DNA of 64,000 nt from Candidatus Marinacidobacterium sp. (lineage in GTDB: Bacteria > Acidobacteriota > Vicinamibacteria > Marinacidobacterales > Marinacidobacteraceae): NCBI GenBank assembly GCA_965220965.1, contig OZ244852.1:416001-480000 (forward strand). Reading direction: 5' to 3'. Below the pieces are notes generated by a model. The model did no database searches, was not told the origin of the DNA, and was given only the letters and a program-made list of their open reading frames with translations. A program made the position numbers and the translations under genes. This document shows, in pieces, positions 56,502 through 64,000 of this stretch; position 1 is the first letter of the stretch, and each line of letters begins with the position of its first letter.

Positions 56502-57926
56502 TCAGTCCGTGACGACGGGCAGGGCGGGGAAGCGCTCCCAGCCGCCGCGGGTGAAGTCGGGGAAGTCGCGGGGACGGCTGCGGTCGGCGACCGAGCGCTC
56601 GCTGAGCTCGGTCACGGCGCTCAGCGCCGCGGCGTCGTAGACGTTCATCTCGGTCGGCAGCCCCTCCTGGAGACACCGGATGAGCCGGTAGTCCTCCAGG
56701 TAGTCCATCCGGCCGTGTCCGAGTTCTTCGCCCGGGGAGGCCACGTTCCGCCAGAGCGGGTGCTCGTACTCGGGAAGCCAGGTTTCGGCGTCGTCCCAGC
56801 GGTGGGACTCGCTCTGGCCCTCGACGTAGACCCGGTTCGGGTAGCCGGCGAACAGCCCGCGCGTTCCCTGGACCAGGTGGATCCGGCTGTAGGGGCGGGG
56901 CAGGTTCGTGTCGTGGACGACGGTGATCGTGCGGCCCCTTGCCGTCTGGATGAGGCTCAGGTTGACGTCGCCGAGCACGAACTTCTCGTCCCGCTCGGGC
57001 GCGCCATCGGGGAAGTGCTCGCGGGCGTACTCCTGGAGGCCCCGGGACGGCCCGCTCATCGAGACGAGATAGTCGAACCGGTCGCCGCGCCCGATGTCCA
57101 TGCAGTTCGCCACCGGGCCCAGCCCGTGGGTCGGGTAGAGGTTCGCGTTGCGCTCCCGCGAGTGCGCCCGTCGCCAGAGGCCCTCGCCCCGGTCGGAGAA
57201 CTTGACCCCGCGCAGATCGTGGAGGTAGCCCCCTTCGGCGTGGAGCACTTCGCCGAACACCCCTTGGCGCACCATGTGGAACACCGCCATCTCGAACCGC
57301 CCGTAGTTGCAGTTCTCCATCATCACGCAGTGCCGTTCGGTGCGCTCGGCGGTCTCCACCAGCGCCCAGCACTCTTCGAGCGTGGTCGCGGCCGGCACTT
57401 CGGTGGCGGCGTGCTTCCCGTTCTCCATCGCCGCGAGGCACACCGGGACGTGGAACCGCCAGGGCGTCGCGGTGAAGACCAGATCGAGATCCTCCTCGGC
57501 GCACATCCGCTCGAAGTCGGTTTCTCCCCGGGTGTAGAGGGTGGGCTCGGGACCACCGGCCTCCCGGATCCATTCGCGGGCCCGCTCGGCGTGCTCCTCC
57601 CGGATGTCGCAGACCGCGCGGATCTCGACGCCGGGAGACGCCTTGCCCACCGCTAGCAGGTTCCGCACGTGGACGGACCCCATGCCGCCGACGCCGACGA
57701 ACCCGATGCGGACCGTCGGGATGGGGTCGACCGCGAGGAGCGAGGCCGGGGCGGCCTGGGCCGACGCCCTGCGACCAGTGGCGAGGCCCGAGACTCCGGC
57801 GACCGTGGAGGCCGCGAGGAGCTCCCGCCGGGTCCAGGCGCCGCGAGGGCGCGACGGCGGGGACGCCGGGTTCGTCCCGACGACTTCCGGTTGTGGGGGG
57901 GAGCCTCGATGCCGCCGATTCGTCAT
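56502..57926 (-). CDS. Tat-exported Gfo/Idh/MocA protein, GH109 (NAD+-dependent N-acetylhexosaminidase)-like
   Basis: TRRELL; GFVGVGGMG, ATPW..H, EVP, MMENCNY, GGYLHDLR, YPTHGLGP, GHGRMD, FPDFTRG. Confidence 0.88.
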   Translation of the reverse strand: MTNRRHRGSPPQPEVVGTNPASPPSRPRGAWTRRELLAASTVAGVSGLATGRRASAQAAPASLLAVDPIPTVRIGFVGVGGMGSVHVRNLLAVGKASPGVEIRAVCDIREEHAERAREWIREAGGPEPTLYTRGETDFERMCAEEDLDLVFTATPWRFHVPVCLAAMENGKHAATEVPAATTLEECWALVETAERTERHCVMMENCNYGRFEMAVFHMVRQGVFGEVLHAEGGYLHDLRGVKFSDRGEGLWRRAHSRERNANLYPTHGLGPVANCMDIGRGDRFDYLVSMSGPSRGLQEYAREHFPDGAPERDEKFVLGDVNLSLIQTARGRTITVVHDTNLPRPYSRIHLVQGTRGLFAGYPNRVYVEGQSESHRWDDAETWLPEYEHPLWRNVASPGEELGHGRMDYLEDYRLIRCLQEGLPTEMNVYDAAALSAVTELSERSVADRSRPRDFPDFTRGGWERFPALPVVTD

Positions 57927-58678
57927 GGCTGGAGCGTAGCGGCGCCGGCGTTCTCGTCGGGGCGGCTCAGCGCCAGAGTCGCGCTCTCCGGCGGCTCGAC
58001 GGCGACGCCAATCTTCCGGCCGGCGGTTCCGATCAGAGCGCCGGTGACGCTGAACGCCCAGAACGACAGGGGCGCCGTCACAGCGAAGGGAAGCGCCATC
58101 AGGACTTCAGTGGGGATCCAGAGGCTCGCGCAACCGGCGGCGAGCAGGGCGCACAGCAACGGGCGTCGCCAGACCCGCCGCAGATGTCCGGGCAGGTTGA
58201 ACGCCTCGCCAAGTCGGCCGGCGGCGATCTGCTGCGCGGCCAGCGGCAACAGAAGGTAGAAGAGGGCGAGGCTGCCCACCACGAGCGCCTGGAAGGCGGG
58301 GTGAAGCGTCTGGCTGGTCCCCTGGCCCGAGCCGGCGCTGTTGAGCCACTGCGCGATGAAGAACACGGGGAGCCTGAACACGCCGTGGAACAAGATCCAC
58401 ACCGCGAAGACCCGGAAGCAGTCAATCGCAAACCCGCGGAGATCCTCCCAGGCCGGCAGAGTCTCCGGTTCGGCGCCGAGCGCTGACCGGGCGACGCGCA
58501 CCTGGTAGCCCCCCAGCAGGGTCCAGCCGACGAACGGAACGAGCGCCGCGGCCAGCCCGAAGAGCCACTTCGAGAGGAGCCCGGGTCCGCGGAACGGCAG
58601 CAGGGCGAGCCGGCCCAGCTCCCCGAGCGTGAAGCCCGACCGTTCCCTGGACGCAGAAGATCCGCTGCTCTCGCTCAT
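57923..58678 (-). CDS. DUF4013-like membrane protein, copy A
   Basis: KWLFG...VPFVG...GYQVRV...LPAWED; several TM segments. Confidence 0.72.
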   Translation of the reverse strand: MSESSGSSASRERSGFTLGELGRLALLPFRGPGLLSKWLFGLAAALVPFVGWTLLGGYQVRVARSALGAEPETLPAWEDLRGFAIDCFRVFAVWILFHGVFRLPVFFIAQWLNSAGSGQGTSQTLHPAFQALVVGSLALFYLLLPLAAQQIAAGRLGEAFNLPGHLRRVWRRPLLCALLAAGCASLWIPTEVLMALPFAVTAPLSFWAFSVTGALIGTAGRKIGVAVEPPESATLALSRPDENAGAATLQP

Positions 58679-59433
58679 TCTTCGGTGCGGGCTTCGGTCA
58701 CCGGGTCAACCTCGCGGCGCAGCGTCAGTTCGGCGTCCAGGTTCGTCGGTTCGAGGGCGACGCCCATCTTCCGGCCGGCGGTCCCGATGAGCGCCCCGGT
58801 CACGCTGGCCACCCAGAAGGTGAACGGAGCGGTGACGATGAAGGTAAGCCAGTCAATCAGCAGGAGCTCCAGATCTGTGTCCATCGTGTCGATCGGGTAG
58901 GTGAGCGCTATTTCCGCGGCGACGATGATGAGACACAGGAAGGGGTGTCTCCGGACCCGGCGCGCGTGGCCGACGATGTTGAAGGCGGCGCCGAACCGGC
59001 CGGCGGCGATCTGCTGGGTGGCCAGGACCGTCAGCAGGCCGGAGAGGCCGAGGATGACCGCGCTGATCGCCATGTCCCCCGGAGTCTCGGGCGCGACCCA
59101 AAGGCCCACGGTCCACCCGAGGAGCAGGGAAGCCGGGAGCAGGAAAGCAAGCATCACGACGCCGAGCCGCGCGCAATCCAACGCGAGCCCCAGGAAGTCG
59201 TCCCAGACAGGCAGCGTCTCCGGCTCGGACTCGAGCGCCCGCCTCGCGACCCGCACCTGGTAGCCGCCCAGCAGGAACCAGCCGACGAAGGGAACCAGCA
59301 CGGCGGCGATCCCGAAGAGCCACTTCGAGCGGAGGCCGGGTCCGCGGAACGGCAGCAGGGCGATCCGGCCCAGCTCCTGCAGCGTGAAGCTCGCCCGCTC
59401 CGGAGGAGCAGGCGCCCCGGCGTGTCCGTTCAT
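58675..59433 (-). CDS. DUF4013-like membrane protein, copy B
   Basis: Paralogue of copy A: ALLPFRGPGL.SKWLFG, GGYQVRVAR, LPVWDD, QQIAAGR, VTGALIGTAGRK. Confidence 0.72.
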   Translation of the reverse strand: MNGHAGAPAPPERASFTLQELGRIALLPFRGPGLRSKWLFGIAAVLVPFVGWFLLGGYQVRVARRALESEPETLPVWDDFLGLALDCARLGVVMLAFLLPASLLLGWTVGLWVAPETPGDMAISAVILGLSGLLTVLATQQIAAGRFGAAFNIVGHARRVRRHPFLCLIIVAAEIALTYPIDTMDTDLELLLIDWLTFIVTAPFTFWVASVTGALIGTAGRKMGVALEPTNLDAELTLRREVDPVTEARTEE

Positions 59434-61358
59434 TCCGCTGCGAGAACGTCGTTGACCGCCCGATGCGCCTCCCGGATCGACGCGTCGGTGTGCGGGCTCG
59501 CCGCCGCATCGGAATTCGCGATGCCGATCCGGCCGAACGGCTGGCGGGCGCGCACCACCGGACGGTCGTCGCCGGCCTCGAACGCCCACTCCGGCGGGTC
59601 GAAGAGCGGGTTGTAGGAATAGGTGTAGCCGTGCGGCCAGCGGTTCACCGTGATCGCGGCGATCTCGCGGTCGGGGTCGAACCCGGCCCCGCCCAGCATC
59701 CGTCCCAACTGGTCGCGGAGGTTCGCCTCGACGGTCTCGAACGTCGTGTGGAGCAGCTCCATCCGGCCGATCCGGTGCTGCTCGCGGCGCGACAGGCCGG
59801 GCTCGCCCGGGTAGCGGTTCATCCGCACCACGAGCGGCTCGTCGGGACTCTCCGAGGTGCGGTAGTCGCCGAGCGCCAGCGGGGGCGCAAGCGCCACCGA
59901 GGTGCAGAAGCTGCCCGGAGCGGCGATCGAGGAGACGCCCGCCTCCACGAACGCCCGCCAGCTTCGCACCAGCACCGAGGTGTACTGGAGCGGCGACTTC
60001 ACCGGCCAGGCGAGCGCGTCCCGCTGCTCCTTCGGGAGCTCGGGGATCAGGTAGGGAATGATGTTGTGCCAGCAGGCCATCACCACCCGGTCGGCGTTCA
60101 CCCGGTGGCCCTCGTCGCCCCGGACGTAGGTCACCCGGGCCGGACCGGCGCCTCCCGGCTCCACCCGGATCACCGTCGAGGAGAGGCGGATCCGGGTGGG
60201 CGAGTCGGGCTCGTCCAGCCGGGTGTAGTCCAGCGGGGCGAGGATGATGTCGTCGAGGGTGGATCCGGGGACGGCGCGCGGGATGGCTTTCCGGACGAGC
60301 AGCCGCGCGATCGTGGCGTTCCCGTCGGGGAAGTAGAGATCGGGGATCCCCTCGTCGGCGCGCGCCTGGTTTTCGCGTCCGTGCTGTCCGCCGGGTTCGT
60401 CGGCGAGCGCCTCTCTCGGCGTCTCCGGGATCTCCATCCCGGAGAATCCCGGCCACCCCTCCTCCCAGGCGTAGCGGGCGGGGAGCGCGTCGATCCCGGT
60501 GCAGAAGATGCTCCGCGGCCGGTGGTCGAAGAACCAGATGACGCCCGGATCGCACCCCACGTGCTTCACCAGGAAATCGGCGTAGCTGATCGTGGCGAGG
60601 TAGGTCTTCTTCTGGACCGGGTCGAGGTCCGGGAGGTAGTCGGGCTGTTCGGCGGCGTGGAGGCGAAGCAGATCCCGCTGGACCGCCTCCGGCATCGGGG
60701 AACCGGCGAGGAAGGCCTCGAGCCCGACGCCCCTCGGCCCCTTCACCAGCCGGTCTTCGCCGAACGTCTCGCGCTCGAAGAACATCCCCGAACCGAGGCC
60801 CAGCCGGGGGTAGAGGTCGCGGACTCCGGCGAGGCTGTCGTGGTAGGCCTGCGCGTCGATCCCGAGCTCGAGGAGGAGCCCCCCGGCGATCTCCCCGAAC
60901 TGGGAGGGCGCCTCGACGTTCAGCGTCCCGCCGTTCATCAGGTAGGTGCGCCCGTCCATCCGGAACTCGTTCCGCTTGGCGTGGCCGCCGAAGTCGTCAT
61001 GGTTGTCCAGAACGAGGATCCGCGCGTCCGGACCCGCCTGCTTCCGGAAGAAGTGGGCGGCGGCGAGACCCGAGATCCCGCCGCCGACCACGACCAGGTC
61101 GTAGGCCTCGCCGGTGTCCGCGGCGCTCCACTCGCGCCCCTCCTGGGTGAAGCCGTGGGCCACTTCGAACGAGCCCGGATGCGAGCCGCGCATCCCGGTG
61201 CGCAGCGGCGGATAAGGGGCGGACCCTTCGCGCTCGATGGCCGCCTGGAACTCCGGGACGTCGCCGCAGGAGAGCGCCGCGCCGGTGAGCGCGACGGACA
61301 CCCCGGAGAGGAAGTCCCGGCGGTTCACGCCGGCGGGGAAGGATCGGTTCCGTTTCAT
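59430..61358 (-). CDS. Tat-exported FAD oxidoreductase, spermidine dehydrogenase (SpdH)-like
   Basis: NRRDFL; YPPLRTGMRGSHPGSFEVAH, GGGISG, DNHDDFGGHAKRNEF, FPDGNATIARLLV, ITVNRWPHGY, IANSD. Confidence 0.85.
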   Translation of the reverse strand: MKRNRSFPAGVNRRDFLSGVSVALTGAALSCGDVPEFQAAIEREGSAPYPPLRTGMRGSHPGSFEVAHGFTQEGREWSAADTGEAYDLVVVGGGISGLAAAHFFRKQAGPDARILVLDNHDDFGGHAKRNEFRMDGRTYLMNGGTLNVEAPSQFGEIAGGLLLELGIDAQAYHDSLAGVRDLYPRLGLGSGMFFERETFGEDRLVKGPRGVGLEAFLAGSPMPEAVQRDLLRLHAAEQPDYLPDLDPVQKKTYLATISYADFLVKHVGCDPGVIWFFDHRPRSIFCTGIDALPARYAWEEGWPGFSGMEIPETPREALADEPGGQHGRENQARADEGIPDLYFPDGNATIARLLVRKAIPRAVPGSTLDDIILAPLDYTRLDEPDSPTRIRLSSTVIRVEPGGAGPARVTYVRGDEGHRVNADRVVMACWHNIIPYLIPELPKEQRDALAWPVKSPLQYTSVLVRSWRAFVEAGVSSIAAPGSFCTSVALAPPLALGDYRTSESPDEPLVVRMNRYPGEPGLSRREQHRIGRMELLHTTFETVEANLRDQLGRMLGGAGFDPDREIAAITVNRWPHGYTYSYNPLFDPPEWAFEAGDDRPVVRARQPFGRIGIANSDAAASPHTDASIREAHRAVNDVLAAE

Positions 61359-61735
61359 GCCGTCTCCTGAATGTCTGTCGAGGCGTCCCCCGGCTCCCAC
61401 ACGCGCCGCTCGAGCCGCACCCGGCCCCGTTCATCGAACGGGACGCGCTCCTGCTCGAGCAGCGCGCGCTGGAGTCCTGGCGGACACAGCCCGCGTTCCT
61501 CCGCCGAGAGCGCGCCAAGCGCGCTGACGACCCGGTGCCAGGGGGCGCCCGGCGGACAGCGCCGCATCGCCCACCCGGCGGCGCGCGCCGAGAGCGGGTA
61601 GCCGTCCGCGGTGACCTGGCGGGCGAGCCGACCGTAGGTCGTGACCCGGCCCCTCGGGATGCGGCGCACGAGTGCATGGACGCGGGCGAACTTGCCGTCC
61701 GCCTCGTCCGGAGCGAGGAGCAGGGAGGGTTCCAC
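61355..61735 (-). CDS. Alkyltransferase-like (ATL) DNA-binding protein
   Basis: IPRGRVTTYG, AR.AGWAM, PWHRV (Trp in place of the MGMT Cys), Q..LL..E. Confidence 0.88.
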   Translation of the reverse strand: MEPSLLLAPDEADGKFARVHALVRRIPRGRVTTYGRLARQVTADGYPLSARAAGWAMRRCPPGAPWHRVVSALGALSAEERGLCPPGLQRALLEQERVPFDERGRVRLERRVWEPGDASTDIQETA

Positions 61736-61794
61736 GGCGGTCCCCTGCTTGTACCACACGGCGGAGCGGACGAACGGTATGTTCCGGTTCCGGC

Positions 61795-62508
61795 ATGAGC
61801 CTCACGCCCTCGGAAGATCTCCGCCACCCCTGGGACCTCACCCCCCGGGAGGCCGCCGAGATTCAGCGGCGTCTGGCCGGTCGGGTGGAGACCGCCCCTC
61901 CGCCCGGCTTCCAACCCCGCTTCGTCGTGGGGGTGGACGCCGCCTTTCCGCGCCCCGACCCCGGGGCGCCGCGCGAGGTCGTGGCGGCCGCGGTCGTCTG
62001 GGACCTCAGGGAGCAGCGCGCGGTGGAGGAGCGCCTCGTCCGGAGACCGCTCGCCTTTCCCTACGTCCCCGGCCTGCTCTCCTTTCGGGAAGCCCCGGCG
62101 GTTCTGGACGCTCTCGCCGGGCTCACGACGACTCCCGACGCGCTCCTCGCCGACGGGCACGGCCTCGCGCACCCGCGCCGCTTCGGCCTCGCCTGCCACC
62201 TCGGCGTCCTGACCGGCCTTCCCTCCGCCGGGTGCGCCAAGAGCGTCCTCGTCGGAGCGCATGAGGAGCCCGGCCCGGAACGCGGGGCGCGGACGCGGCT
62301 CGTCCACCGCGGCGAGCTCGTGGGGGCGGCGCTCCGCACCCGGTCCCGGGTCCGACCGGTCTTCGTCAGCGTCGGCCACCGGCTCGATCTCGAGTCGGCG
62401 GTCCGGCTCGTTCTCGCCTGTGGCGGCGGCCGGCGCCTCCCCGAGCCGACTCGTCTCGCCGACGCGGGTGTCGGCCGGCGTTCCCAGGGGGTCGCGGCTT
62501 CTTCGTAG
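61795..62508 (+). CDS. nfi: Endonuclease V
   Basis: GVD, FPYVPGLLSFRE, DGHGLAHPRRFGLACHLG, AKS, PVFVSVGH, LPEPTRLAD. Confidence 0.95.
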   Translation: MSLTPSEDLRHPWDLTPREAAEIQRRLAGRVETAPPPGFQPRFVVGVDAAFPRPDPGAPREVVAAAVVWDLREQRAVEERLVRRPLAFPYVPGLLSFREAPAVLDALAGLTTTPDALLADGHGLAHPRRFGLACHLGVLTGLPSAGCAKSVLVGAHEEPGPERGARTRLVHRGELVGAALRTRSRVRPVFVSVGHRLDLESAVRLVLACGGGRRLPEPTRLADAGVGRRSQGVAASS

Positions 62509-62519
62509 ACTCGCGGCGA

Positions 62520-63701
62520 ATGCCCGCTCCGAGAATCTCCCGCTCCCGAACCCTCCCCACCTTCGCCGTCTTCGCCCTCACCCTGGCCTGCGGCCCCCCC
62601 ACCGACACCCTGGAGATGTCCGACACCGAAGAGACCCCGGCAATCCCGGCGCTCACCGAGGCGGACGCCGCCGCCTTCGCAGCGCTGGCGCTCGACTGCG
62701 TCCTCAAGGAATACCCGAACCAGGTCGCGCTGCGGCTTCGCAGCGACGAGGACCTCGCTCCGCCCCGGGAGCTGACGCCGGTCTTCTACGGCTGCTACGA
62801 CTGGCACTCGGCGGTCCACGGCCACTGGCTGCTGGCCCGGCTGACCCGCCGGTTCCCGGAGGCGGAATTCGCGGCGGGGGCGAGGGAAGCGCTCGACCAC
62901 AACCTCACGGCGGAGCGGGTGGCGGGGGAGCTGCGCTACGTCTCGGTCGAGGGCCGCCGCGGCTTCGAGCGCCCCTACGGTCTGGCGTGGCTCCTTCAGC
63001 TCGACGCCGAACTCGGCGAGTGGGCGGGCGACACCGCGTCCCCGCCGGAGGACCGCGGGCGCGCCGCCCGCTGGCGCGAAACGCTCGATCCGCTGGTCAC
63101 GAACGCCGTCGAGCGGCTGAACGACTTCCTCGGCAAGCTGGAACACCCCCTCCGGGTGGGGGAGCATCGCCAGACCGCGTTCTCGGCGGGCCTGATCCAC
63201 GACTGGGCGGCCTCAACCGGCCACGCCGAAACCAGCGATCTGCTCGCCGCCCGCGCCGAGGTCTGGTATCGCGGCGATGTCCGGTGCCCGGTGGGCTACG
63301 AGCCCGCCGGGCAGGACTTCCTGTCGCCGTGCCTGGGAGAGGCCGACTTCATGCGCCGGGTTCTCCCGGGGGAGGAGTTCGGCGCCTGGCTGGACGCCTT
63401 CCTCCCCGGTCCGCTGCCCGGGACGCTGGAGCCGGTCCGGGTCCCCGAGGACGAGGAGGACGCCTTCGGGCACCTCCACGGTCTCCACCTGAGCCGGGCG
63501 TGGATGGCGCGGGGCGTCGCGTCGGCGCTACCGGAGGAGGATCCCCGCGGACGGGCGCTTTCGGCGCTCGCCGCCCGAAACGCCGCCGCCGGGCTCGCCG
63601 GGGTCGACCCGTCGAACTACACCGGCAGCCACTGGCTCGGGAGCTTTGCGGTCTACCTGCTGACGGACCGCGGCCTCCCCCAAAGGGCGGGTCAGGAGTA
63701 G
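62520..63701 (+). CDS. DUF2891 family protein, putative lipoprotein
   Basis: LAC lipobox; EYPN, FYGCYDWHSAVHGHW, FERPYGLAW, DFLSP, HLHGLHLSRAW, HWLGSFA. Confidence 0.85.
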   Translation: MPAPRISRSRTLPTFAVFALTLACGPPTDTLEMSDTEETPAIPALTEADAAAFAALALDCVLKEYPNQVALRLRSDEDLAPPRELTPVFYGCYDWHSAVHGHWLLARLTRRFPEAEFAAGAREALDHNLTAERVAGELRYVSVEGRRGFERPYGLAWLLQLDAELGEWAGDTASPPEDRGRAARWRETLDPLVTNAVERLNDFLGKLEHPLRVGEHRQTAFSAGLIHDWAASTGHAETSDLLAARAEVWYRGDVRCPVGYEPAGQDFLSPCLGEADFMRRVLPGEEFGAWLDAFLPGPLPGTLEPVRVPEDEEDAFGHLHGLHLSRAWMARGVASALPEEDPRGRALSALAARNAAAGLAGVDPSNYTGSHWLGSFAVYLLTDRGLPQRAGQE

Positions 63702-64000
63702 AGGAGCGCCGCTTCGCGGTCGGGGTCGAACGCGGCCCCTTCGGCGTCCCCGGCGTCCGCGATCTCCGCCGGCGGCCGACCGGCCTCGATCCCTTCCCGG
63801 AGTTCGGGGTTGCCGAACAGGATGTCGATCGGGAGCCGCACCGTTTCGTACTCGTAGGGCGGGGGACGCCAGGCGAACTCCGCCGGCCAGAGACGGCGGA
63901 TGTGGCTCAGCAGCGCGATCCCGGTGCGCCACGGCCGGTAGGTCCTGCGGTCGATGACGTGCTGCATGACCCCGCCGCATTCCTCGTCGTGGAACTTGTG
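63692..64000 (-). CDS. DUF1343 / exo-beta-N-acetylmuramidase (NamZ-like) C-terminus, partial
   Basis: HKF...CGGV, FAWRPPPYEYE..RLPIDILFG, R..ALLY; runs off the window end. Confidence 0.8.
   Translation of the reverse strand, partial: HKFHDEECGGVMQHVIDRRTYRPWRTGIALLSHIRRLWPAEFAWRPPPYEYETVRLPIDILFGNPELREGIEAGRPPAEIADAGDAEGAAFDPDREAALLYS

Noticed and set aside
61355-61735. MGMT lacking its active cysteine
   Set aside because: PWHRV defines the known ATL family.

Overview
A very GC-rich bacterial chromosomal segment. GWxTD, ADOP-like permease and VPS10-like genes suggest Acidobacteriota; the ankyrin cassette would fit a host-associated lifestyle (inference). The core backbone carries 2-oxoacid dehydrogenase and lipoylation genes (lpdA, lipB, E1-beta, lipA, E2), boxC/boxB, mltG, hflX, rsgA, pheST, ctaA, tRNA-fMet, tRNA-Thr(CGU), a K+ channel, MscS, amidohydrolases, GH109, an SpdH-like oxidoreductase, an ATL protein and nfi. 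Two accessory blocks stand out. (1) ~28.4-37.8 kb: a DUF2946/CruR-like leader ORF (TM, HxH, CxxC, C-terminal RGPP arrest-type motif) precedes a TonB receptor - CobN-like chelatase - membrane protein - ExbB/TolQ - DUF2149 operon, i.e. an hmuRSTUV-like locus lacking hmuY. (2) ~51.4-56.5 kb: a tandemly duplicated [membrane-anchored ankyrin + signal-peptide micro-ORF] unit whose second copy encodes a 27-aa six-cysteine secreted peptide, followed by an orphan MacB/ADOP permease; the block is bracketed by a 74-bp direct repeat taken from inside the neighbouring GH109 gene. Two probable pseudo-proteases, a permease-HATPase-like fusion and a possibly xenologous pheST pair are also noted. All calls come from motif recognition by eye; no searches were run.
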